Below the pieces are notes generated by a model. It ran no database searches, was not told the origin of the DNA, and was given only the letters and a program-made list of their open reading frames with translations. A DNA stretch of 64,000 nt from Bacilli bacterium (GTDB taxonomy: Bacteria > Bacillota_I > Bacilli_A > RFN20 > CAG-826): positions 22,591 through 86,590 of the forward strand of contig JBAZHG010000002.1 in NCBI GenBank assembly GCA_041652475.1. The letters run 5' to 3'. Of the stretch, positions 48,531 through 56,018 are shown piece by piece. Made by a program: the position numbers and the translations under genes. Position 1 is the stretch's first letter. Each line of letters opens with the position of its first letter.

Positions 48531-50753
48531 TTATCCTGCTGTTTGCGGATTCAGGTCGGCCTTTTCTTCTTCGATGACGGCCATCTTCAGATAATAGGCT
48601 TCCAAGGTTCCTTGTTTGTGGACTTCTTCGATTGAAATCGGATCGAACAAATGACCTTTCTTGATGACGACAATGCGGCCGCAGATGTTCTCGACCACGT
48701 CGATGATGTGGCTTGAAAACATGACGATGTTGCCCTTGGCGGCGTGTTGCCGCATGCATTCCTTGACTTGGTAGATGCTGTCGGGATCAAGCCCGGTCAA
48801 AGGTTCGTCCAAGAGCCATAGCTTCGGGTCATGGACCAAGGCGGCGATGATGGTGACTTTTTGCTTGGTTCCGTGCGAATAGGTTTTGATTTGGCTGTCG
48901 AAAACGTCTTCAAGGTGGAAGAGCTTAATATAGTGGGCGATCCGCTCGTTGCGATCGGTCTGGTTGACGCCGTAGATGTCGGCGATGTAGTTGACGTATT
49001 CGCGGGCGCTCAGTTTTTCATACAAAGCGTAGTGGTCGGGGACGTAACCGATCAAGCGTTTGGCTTCGACCGGCTGCTTTTCGACGTCATAGCCGCAGAT
49101 GGAAATCGATCCCTCGGTGATCGTTTGGATGCCGACGATTGATTTGATGGTGGTCGATTTCCCGGCCCCGTTGGGTCCGAGAAAACCAAAAATTTCCCCG
49201 CCGTGGACCACAAGCGAGGCGTCTTTTACTGCAAAGTTCTTATTGCGCCCGTATCGTTTCGAGAAATGTCTGAGTTCGAGCCGGATGCCGACATTAGGTT
49301 CCATGGGTTCTTGTAACCCCCTTCCATTCAAGGCGGCCATTAGGGCCAACCGATTCATCTGGATAGCTTGCTTCCGATGTTTCAAATCCCCGAGCGAATC
49401 GGCCACGTTGAAACCCAGGGTATAGACAAACCACATCGCGAAGGACACGCCGATGTAGACGAATAGAAACATCGTCTGGTAGAGCGGGTGGAATTCGAAG
49501 TCCAGCTCACCGATCGAGAAACTGACCGACAAGTTGAAAATGCGTTCGGCCCAAATGCCGAGCTTATCGACGATGAAGTCGCTGTTGATGAAGAAGAAAT
49601 CGACCGTCGCGTAATTGGAAAACCACACGTTGATGAATAGCACCGACACGAAATAGACCGTGAAGGTCACAAGCGAATAGTACATCTGCTTCATCTGGGG
49701 ACGAGGGAACAGTTTCAGCGCCACCAAAAGCAGCGGCATGAAAAAGGCCATCGAATGGTTGTACCAGAAATGGACGATCAGGTGATTGGTCAGGTTGGTC
49801 GTCTCGGCGTAATTGGGCATCAACATCGCCATCAAGGCCCCAAAGACGTTGATGAAATAAGTGAAATAGAATAGGCGCTTGGCGTTGAAAATCAAGCAAA
49901 TGGGAATCAAGAACATCGCCGTGTTGCAAAGGTGGATCGGCCAAGTCCATGGCGTCAAGAAGTCGGCGTAGGAGTACATACGACAGAAGGTGATCATCGT
50001 GGCGACGCTTAAAAACACCATCGAAAAGCGGATGATTTCCTGATTTTTGTTTCTTAAGGCGAAATACAAGGAAAAAGGGATGATGACCGTCGCATAGATG
50101 AACAGGCGATGGGTTAGACTGATGTCAATGACCTCATAGCGGATGTTGGCGTTCCCGAAGATGATCTGCGGGGCGTAGATCGGCATCGCGGCCAGCAAGA
50201 CCGGGACGATGACGATCAAGAGGTTGATGACTTCATCCTTGGCAATCTTGATTTTAGGGTCGGCTTTCCAAACGAGAAACAGCCCATAAGCCACGAGACC
50301 GGCTTCCAACGCCGTCATGATTGAAGGGATGATGAGCGCCCAACCGACCATCCCGGTCAGTTGCATCGCCGTCGAGTGATAGGAGAACCCGAGATAAATG
50401 GCAAAGGCCGGCGTGAAGACGAACTTCAAAAGGTTGGCGATTGTCTTGACCTTGAAGAACGGGTAGCACATCAGCAAAATCGCCGCGGCCAACTCGAACC
50501 AAATGCCGAGGGTCGCCATCAGGTTGACGGTCGGAGCAAAGGGACCATTTCCCAATCCAATCACATTCAAGGATTGGTCAGAATATGAAAAATACCGAAT
50601 GGCGAAAATCACCATCAGGACAACGGCATAAACTTTGTACTTGGGCACGGTCTTACCCCGGTCGATCGATCGGGAAGTAAGGATGGCTCCGAGACCGGCC
50701 AATAGAAGGGCGATTCCGGCGGAGACTAAGTATATCAATTGTGACCTCTTCAA
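48531..50753 (-). CDS. Fusion protein: polytopic membrane domain containing a TMEM164/YwaF (TIGR02206)-like core + C-terminal ABC ATPase
   Basis: TTG start at 50753. The N-terminal ~490 aa are polytopic. 'TWPIHLCNTAMFLIPICLIF...NVFGALMAMLMPN...HFWYNHSMAFFMPLLLVALKLFPRP' matches my recollection of the YwaF/TMEM164 pattern (P-x-H-L-C ... G-A ... P ... H). The C-terminal ABC domain has 'GPNGAGKST', 'YSHGTKQKVTIIAAL' and 'LWLLDEPLTGLD'. Confidence 0.7.
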   Translation of the reverse strand: MKRSQLIYLVSAGIALLLAGLGAILTSRSIDRGKTVPKYKVYAVVLMVIFAIRYFSYSDQSLNVIGLGNGPFAPTVNLMATLGIWFELAAAILLMCYPFFKVKTIANLLKFVFTPAFAIYLGFSYHSTAMQLTGMVGWALIIPSIMTALEAGLVAYGLFLVWKADPKIKIAKDEVINLLIVIVPVLLAAMPIYAPQIIFGNANIRYEVIDISLTHRLFIYATVIIPFSLYFALRNKNQEIIRFSMVFLSVATMITFCRMYSYADFLTPWTWPIHLCNTAMFLIPICLIFNAKRLFYFTYFINVFGALMAMLMPNYAETTNLTNHLIVHFWYNHSMAFFMPLLLVALKLFPRPQMKQMYYSLVTFTVYFVSVLFINVWFSNYATVDFFFINSDFIVDKLGIWAERIFNLSVSFSIGELDFEFHPLYQTMFLFVYIGVSFAMWFVYTLGFNVADSLGDLKHRKQAIQMNRLALMAALNGRGLQEPMEPNVGIRLELRHFSKRYGRNKNFAVKDASLVVHGGEIFGFLGPNGAGKSTTIKSIVGIQTITEGSISICGYDVEKQPVEAKRLIGYVPDHYALYEKLSAREYVNYIADIYGVNQTDRNERIAHYIKLFHLEDVFDSQIKTYSHGTKQKVTIIAALVHDPKLWLLDEPLTGLDPDSIYQVKECMRQHAAKGNIVMFSSHIIDVVENICGRIVVIKKGHLFDPISIEEVHKQGTLEAYYLKMAVIEEEKADLNPQTAG

Positions 50754-50850
50754 CTTCCGTCTCTTGGTTCCAAGAGATTAACATAAGTATTCTATCACAG
50801 GAAACGGTATTTTCGTTTTGATTGATGAACGGGTCAATTTTCTTGTGGGC

Positions 50851-50886
50851 CCATAAAGAAAAAGCCAATGGCGAACCATTGGCTTT
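50851..50886 (-). terminator. Rho-independent (bidirectional) terminator immediately after the heliorhodopsin gene
   Basis: Perfect 11-bp stem AAAGCCAATGG (50861-50871) / CCATTGGCTTT (50876-50886) with a 4-nt loop. On the minus strand TTCTTTAT follows. It begins 16 nt after the stop codon. Confidence 0.8.
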
Positions 50887-50902
50887 TTGGGTCATTCGGA
50901 CA

Positions 50903-51721
50903 TTAGCTCGGCTGCATCGCCCCGAAGAGCACCAGCCAGGCGAGGATCGACTTGGCCACGAGCGACAAAATGATGTAAACGCGCTCGCCGTAAAGGTAAT
51001 TTTTCCATTTGCCGACTTGTAGATACTGCAGGATCATATTGATCGGGAAGGTGTTGAAAGCCACGAAGTAGGTGGCCACGATCGCCCAGACAAACCACGG
51101 GACTTGATCGTAGTTGCCGGTTCCCGTCATGTAGATGATGATGACGGCCCACGGCGCCAATCCGGCGATGGTGCCCCAAACGAAAGGACCCCAACGGAGC
51201 TGGGACCTTTCCTTATTGACATTCAGTTGCTCCATCACCAAGCCGAACAAGTTCATGGAGGCGTTGACGATGAAAATCAAAATCAAGGAAGCGATGTCTT
51301 TGACGCCAAACAAGGTGGCAATCAAGACGATCATGATCGAGCTTGAGAAGGCGTACTCGAACCACCGGAATTTGTTGATGCCTTGTTTTAAATCGCGTTC
51401 ATAAATGGCAAAAGTCGGATTGGGAACCGAAATGAGCGCATGGGCCAACGCGGAAAGCAACAAGAACGAGGCGACGAGGATGCCAAAGGGCAGATTAAAC
51501 AAGAATTTTGAATCGACGACAAGGGCTTCGGCAATCGGATCGTAGGTAATGAAGAACTGGACAATCTCGGGTTGGAACTCGGCGATCGTTTGGATCACGG
51601 TTCCGGCTAGGAAGATCATGATGATGCCTTGCAATAGATGGATGGCCCCCATGATCACGTTGAAGCGGCGCAGACGATCTATCTCGGTCGCACCTTTAAA
51701 GAATTGAGAATATTTTCCCAT
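50903..51721 (-). CDS. Heliorhodopsin (7-TM retinal-binding protein, inverted topology family)
   Basis: ATG 51721 is preceded by GGGAGAG. The 272-aa protein has seven hydrophobic helices. 'NKFRWFEYAFSSSIMIVLIA' (counterion Glu122), 'VNASMNLFG', 'KWKNYLYGERVYIILSLVAKSILAW' (Schiff-base Lys257, AAG at 50951-50953), 'MGAIHLLQ' (His28) and 'LSALAHALI' (His94) closely parallel the heliorhodopsin 48C12 sequence as I remember it. Confidence 0.85.
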   Translation of the reverse strand: MGKYSQFFKGATEIDRLRRFNVIMGAIHLLQGIIMIFLAGTVIQTIAEFQPEIVQFFITYDPIAEALVVDSKFLFNLPFGILVASFLLLSALAHALISVPNPTFAIYERDLKQGINKFRWFEYAFSSSIMIVLIATLFGVKDIASLILIFIVNASMNLFGLVMEQLNVNKERSQLRWGPFVWGTIAGLAPWAVIIIYMTGTGNYDQVPWFVWAIVATYFVAFNTFPINMILQYLQVGKWKNYLYGERVYIILSLVAKSILAWLVLFGAMQPS

Positions 51722-51939
51722 ATAAACTCTCTCCCTTATTTTCATAATATATGAAATTATTGAAAAGTGGTACATTGTCCGATATTTCGAATGGGAAAAC
51801 GATTATAATCCGTTTGATAACCTCTCAATGTCGTCGGAGTCATGAATCGAAACGCATATTTTGCTATTGGAACGTCGGCTCTATTATGTATAATAGAACG
51901 AGCGCCCTTTGTTCGGCACTTAAGGATCCGATACCCGCC

Positions 51940-54108
51940 ATGCACCAAACCCTACGCAAATCACTTCTCGGACTCGTCTTGTTATCAACCGTTTTCGCTA
52001 GCGGAGCTTCCGTCTCATTCTTCCATGAAAAACATGCTGAACCACTCACCGTCGAAGCCGCCGTCGGCACCTATTACGACGGCATCAACGATTCATTGAC
52101 CGAAACATCATTATTGAGCGCCCTGCGTAGTTTAAACTCGACCAAACGCACACGTACGGTCGGTTATGACAATATGGATGATTATTATGAGGAAACCGAC
52201 GGGGATCCAAGTAATCAAAATAATCTAATTGCCTTCTACTCTGGCACTTCGGCATATTTCAACGGCAGTTTCAGCAGCGGAAACTTCAACCGCGAGCACG
52301 TCTGGCCCAATTCCCGGGGCGGCAGCGTGGTTGAAGGTGACATCCACATGACGCGCCCGACCTTGGTGGCTGAAAATAGCAGCCGCGGCAACTCCTTTTA
52401 CGTTGAAGGAATGACCAGTTCCACCAGCGGATGGGATCCCGGAGCCGAATCATGGGGTCTCGACAAATACCGAGGCATCGCTGCCCGGATCGTCTTCTAT
52501 GCGGTGGTCGCCAGTTCTACTTTATCACTGGTGGACACCACTAATGACGCTACATCAAACAAAACCATGGGCAAACTCTCGACCTTGCTCGATTGGAACC
52601 TTCGCTATGGCATCGACGCGACTGAAAATCAACGAAACGAGGCGGCCCAAGGAATCCAAGGCAACCGCAATCCCTTCATCGACCACCCCGAGTACGCCTG
52701 CAAGATTTGGGGTTCCTACAATGCGAACACCCAAAGCGTCTGTTCGGCCTCGCAAATTAGCCCGACTTCGATCAGTTTGACCCCGTCGTCGGCCTCGATA
52801 TCCAAAGGTGGGACCCGGCAGTTGTCCGTCAACGTCACCCCGAGCAACGCCGACGCCTCGGTTACTTGGTCGTCTTCGAACACCAACGTGGCCACCGTCT
52901 CTAACGGACTCGTAACCGCCGTAGCCGAAGGTTCGGCCACCATCACGGCCACCTCGACCGTGGATACAGCCATCAAAGGTACCTGCGCCGTCACGGTAAC
53001 CCCGCAAGTCGCCCCAACGTCTTTGACGATGAATAAATCCACGGCGACTATTTCCGTCGGCAATACCACGACTTTGGGCGTGACCGCCTCTCCGGCGGGA
53101 GCCAACAATTCGGTCATCTGGTCGTCTTCGAATACCGGCGTGGCCTTGGTCAACAATGGGGTCGTCTCGGGCATCAGCGAAGGCTCGGCCACGATAACCG
53201 CCACTTCGACCGTTGCCCCATCGGTGTCAGCCACGTCCACCATTACCGTCAATCAAGTCAGCGAAGAAACCACTACTTATACCTTTACCAGCAATAATTG
53301 GAATGCCACCAGCGGCGGGAGTTCCGCCAATTGGTATTCGGGCATGGCTGGCAATTTATTTTTGAACAACGGCGTCCAAGTGTCGACCGGGGTTTCCGGG
53401 GCCTATGCCAACAGCCCGACAACCTTCAGCGATCTGCAGTCGGTTACCATCACCTATTGCACCAACAGCAGCTCTGGCGCCGGCACGATCAATCTCTTTG
53501 CGGTGACGACGGCGACCGCGGCCGCCCAAAGCGGCACCCGAATCGGGACCTCGCAAAGCGTGACCACGTCCGGCGGAACCGCTTCCCGCACCTTGACGTA
53601 CACGCCTTCGGGCATCGGCAACGACGTTTATATCCAAATATACGTGGCGACGACCACCAATTCGATTTACATCCAGCAAGCCACGATCGTGTCCGGAGCC
53701 GAATCGAGCGCCGATCCTCAGGAAGAAGCCACCACCTGGGCGAGCGCTTTCCTGACGCAGACCAATAACGGATGCTCGCTTCAAAGCTACAATATACTTT
53801 CCAACGCCTGGACCGGGGTTTCGAGTAGCTACTCCAGCATGAGCGAAGCCGCCCAAATGATCGTCGAATTGGCCGCGCCTAACGCCGAGGGCACCACGGT
53901 CGAGCACGCCAAAGCCCGCTACTTGATCATCATCGACAAGTACCCGCTCGACGATTTCATCCTCAACTCAGGAAGCAGTTCTTCCCCGGCGATGGTTTAC
54001 GTCCCGGTGGCGACGAGCGCTTTCCTGATATTCGCCTTCTCGGCCTTCGCGTTGAGCTCGCTCGCGGCTTTGATTTGTCTCCAATGCCGTAAACGAAAGG
54101 CCGATTAG
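51940..54108 (+). CDS. Surface-anchored Endonuclease I-family nuclease with two Big_2 domains, a beta-rich domain, a Cys/Trp helical module and a C-terminal TM anchor
   Basis: Start ATG 51940 gives a signal-like 'MHQTLRKSLLGLVLLSTVFASGASV'; ATG 51886 is also possible. The Endonuclease_1 motifs are 'FNREHVWPNSRGG' and 'GNRNPFIDHPEYA'. Two Big_2 repeats are present ('TRQLSVNVTPSNADASVTWSSSNTNVATVSNGLVTAVAEGSATITATS' and its paralog). The terminal helix is 'AFLIFAFSAFALSSLAALICL', followed by 'QCRKRKAD'. Confidence 0.8.
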   Translation: MHQTLRKSLLGLVLLSTVFASGASVSFFHEKHAEPLTVEAAVGTYYDGINDSLTETSLLSALRSLNSTKRTRTVGYDNMDDYYEETDGDPSNQNNLIAFYSGTSAYFNGSFSSGNFNREHVWPNSRGGSVVEGDIHMTRPTLVAENSSRGNSFYVEGMTSSTSGWDPGAESWGLDKYRGIAARIVFYAVVASSTLSLVDTTNDATSNKTMGKLSTLLDWNLRYGIDATENQRNEAAQGIQGNRNPFIDHPEYACKIWGSYNANTQSVCSASQISPTSISLTPSSASISKGGTRQLSVNVTPSNADASVTWSSSNTNVATVSNGLVTAVAEGSATITATSTVDTAIKGTCAVTVTPQVAPTSLTMNKSTATISVGNTTTLGVTASPAGANNSVIWSSSNTGVALVNNGVVSGISEGSATITATSTVAPSVSATSTITVNQVSEETTTYTFTSNNWNATSGGSSANWYSGMAGNLFLNNGVQVSTGVSGAYANSPTTFSDLQSVTITYCTNSSSGAGTINLFAVTTATAAAQSGTRIGTSQSVTTSGGTASRTLTYTPSGIGNDVYIQIYVATTTNSIYIQQATIVSGAESSADPQEEATTWASAFLTQTNNGCSLQSYNILSNAWTGVSSSYSSMSEAAQMIVELAAPNAEGTTVEHAKARYLIIIDKYPLDDFILNSGSSSSPAMVYVPVATSAFLIFAFSAFALSSLAALICLQCRKRKAD

Positions 54109-54135
54109 CAAGTCGTTTTTGATGACAATCAAATT

Positions 54136-54162
54136 AACGGAAATGAAAATTTCCGTTTTTTT
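54136..54162. terminator. Bidirectional rho-independent terminator between convergent genes
   Basis: AACGGAAAT (54136-54144) / ATTTCCGTT (54149-54157) with a GAAA loop, followed by T5. On the minus strand it reads the same with an A/T-rich tail. Confidence 0.75.
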
Positions 54163-55573
54163 ATGCTTCGAGATCGTAGTGAAGCCGTAATTGGCTGTTT
54201 AAGACGTAACTGTCGCTAATGACGACGCCCGATCCCTCGAACATTTCGTTGACCTTCTCTTTAGGAATCACCAGGGTGTTGTCGACCATCAGATTATCAT
54301 CGAAAGTGGCGATGAGGGCCGCCAGCATCGCTTGGTCGATGTCCACCTCGCCGAGGTTCGACTCGATCACGGTCAGCACCATGTCGCCAGAGGCGTTCAT
54401 GTCGACGTTCGTGGTCAGGTTGAATTGCATGTCGAAGGAACCGGCCATCCCGGTCTTGGTCAAACCCATGCGCAGGTGGGCCGACAAGACGTCGTCGTCC
54501 AGGCATAGAAACAAATTCGTCGAGGCGAAGGTGTATTCAACGTCCGCTCCGTCGAGCGTGAATTCGATCGGCAGTTCGAACCGGACGTCTTCTTCGAGGG
54601 TATAGTCGAGGATGGCGTTGATGTCGGATTCGGTCAAATCAATGTAGGGGTCGGTCGGGTTCATGACGGCGTTGATGGCCGCTTGGGCGGCAAAGGAAGC
54701 CATGAAGGCGGCTTTGTCGGCTTCGTCTTCCCACGGGGTGAAGGCCGGTTGGTCCGGGTCGGTCAGAAGGCGCCGGAACACGCCGATGTTCAATTCAACG
54801 TCGAAGCCCCCATCGGAGATGTCGAGCGTCAAAAGCGATTCTTGGTAAACGAGTTTCAGCATGGCGGCGAAGGTCGGGTCGATTCCGTATAAGTATTCGG
54901 TAAGGCCCTCTTCCCCGACCACGAGGCTCAGTTCTTCTTCGTCGAATTGCCCGAAGCTCAATTGTTCGGCAATCATGTCGTTGAGGCTCTTGCTCGTGAT
55001 TGCCTTGACGATCGAACTGGCGAAATCGAAAGCGGCCTGCTTCGGCAGTTTCATGCTGCCGATCTGAATCTTGTCGATTTGAAGGAAATACTGGTCGTCT
55101 TCCGAAAGGACGATGTTGAAAGCCAACTCCAGGCCGGTTTGGTACACCGGGGTCCCGCTGATCAAGACGTCGGCCCCGGCCGTGATCGTCAACTGGTCGT
55201 CGGTCAAGGTGGTCCAAACCCCTTTGAGCCCGACGAACCCGGCGGCCACCATCATGTAGTCGTGCTCGGGTTCCCCGTCAAAGGATGGATCGAGGTATTT
55301 TGGGTTGCCGGAGGATAACTGTTTTTGAATCATCCGGTTGATGAAGGCATCGGTCACCCGGAGGGTGAAGTTATCTTCTTCCTCATCGAGGATCAAGGCC
55401 GAAAGATTGTCGTCTAAGGCCTGGAAGAACCCGTTTTCGACTTCTTCGTCATAATCTTCGGTCGGAGCCGCGCTCTTCATATGGAACAAGATCAAGGGTA
55501 AGCCGATCAATAAGAAGAAAATCACCGACAAAGTTATCAAGGTGCGAATCAGTCGTCTCAATCCTCGTTTCAT
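54161..55573 (-). CDS. N-terminally membrane-anchored acidic protein of unknown function
   Basis: 470 aa. 'MKRGLRRLIRTLITLSVIFFLLIGLPLILF' is the anchor. The rest is Asp/Glu-rich and soluble. I recognise no motif. Confidence 0.6.
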   Translation of the reverse strand: MKRGLRRLIRTLITLSVIFFLLIGLPLILFHMKSAAPTEDYDEEVENGFFQALDDNLSALILDEEEDNFTLRVTDAFINRMIQKQLSSGNPKYLDPSFDGEPEHDYMMVAAGFVGLKGVWTTLTDDQLTITAGADVLISGTPVYQTGLELAFNIVLSEDDQYFLQIDKIQIGSMKLPKQAAFDFASSIVKAITSKSLNDMIAEQLSFGQFDEEELSLVVGEEGLTEYLYGIDPTFAAMLKLVYQESLLTLDISDGGFDVELNIGVFRRLLTDPDQPAFTPWEDEADKAAFMASFAAQAAINAVMNPTDPYIDLTESDINAILDYTLEEDVRFELPIEFTLDGADVEYTFASTNLFLCLDDDVLSAHLRMGLTKTGMAGSFDMQFNLTTNVDMNASGDMVLTVIESNLGEVDIDQAMLAALIATFDDNLMVDNTLVIPKEKVNEMFEGSGVVISDSYVLNSQLRLHYDLEA

Positions 55574-55691
55574 AAGCGGAGTCTCCTTTGGCCTGAATAT
55601 GGCATTTTGGTAAATTCATCATACATCAATTCGGTCCTCCCTCGGAAGGGACGCTCAGGGCGGCGGGAGGAAAAAGACATCATCGGAAAAC

Positions 55692-55876
55692 AAAAAACGC
55701 ATCATTGGATGCGTTTTTCATGACGGAACGAGTAGTTTTCTTGAAAAGGGAGGGCAAGAACCGGCGACTAGAACATGCTTCACTTGTCTCCAAATCACTG
55801 ACGTAACTGCTCGAATCAAACGAACGGCTAGGAGGGCGACGAATCGAAATGACATCTGAGTTTGGTTCCTGCCCTC
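55692..55876 (-). ncRNA. Candidate structured small RNA (or small-ORF mRNA) with its own promoter and terminator
   Basis: On the minus strand a promoter lies at 55912-55883. A 13-bp closing helix forms between GAGGGCAGGAACC (55876-55864) and GGTTCTTGCCCTC (55762-55750, one G-U pair) and encloses ~100 nt. The terminator AAAAACGCATC-CAAT-GATGCGTTTTT lies at 55718-55692. The unit also contains a 45-codon ORF (55855-55718). I could not assign an Rfam class by eye. Confidence 0.4.
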
Positions 55877-55882
55877 AATTAA

Positions 55883-55912
55883 ATTATACCCTCTTATCCC
55901 GGATAATGGCAA
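55883..55912 (-). promoter_or_regulatory. Sigma-A-type promoter of the candidate small RNA
   Basis: TTGCCA (55912-55907), an 18-nt spacer, then TATAAT (55888-55883). Confidence 0.5.
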
Positions 55913-55960
55913 TTGCTTTCTTATGGTCGATCAGGTCGCCGCCATCAAAATAATCGTTTG

Positions 55961-55996
55961 CCAAGAAGAAAAGCCGTTCTCAAAAGAAAACGGCTT
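55961..55996 (-). terminator. Rho-independent terminator after the NADH-oxidase-family gene
   Basis: On the minus strand, AAGCCGTT / AACGGCTT form the stem (55996-55989 / 55978-55971). TTCTTCTTGG follows. Confidence 0.6.
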
Positions 55997-56018
55997 AACA
56001 AAAATATTGTCAAGGCGA

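Noticed and set aside
55692-55876. Attempt to name the candidate RNA as 6S RNA, SRP (4.5S/scRNA), tmRNA or RNase P RNA.
   Set aside because: There is no SRP domain-IV 'GGAAG...CAGC' core, and the RNA is too short for tmRNA or RNase P. At ~130 nt between the closing helix arms it is shorter than typical 6S RNA, and I could not build the central-bubble rod by eye. It is left unclassified.
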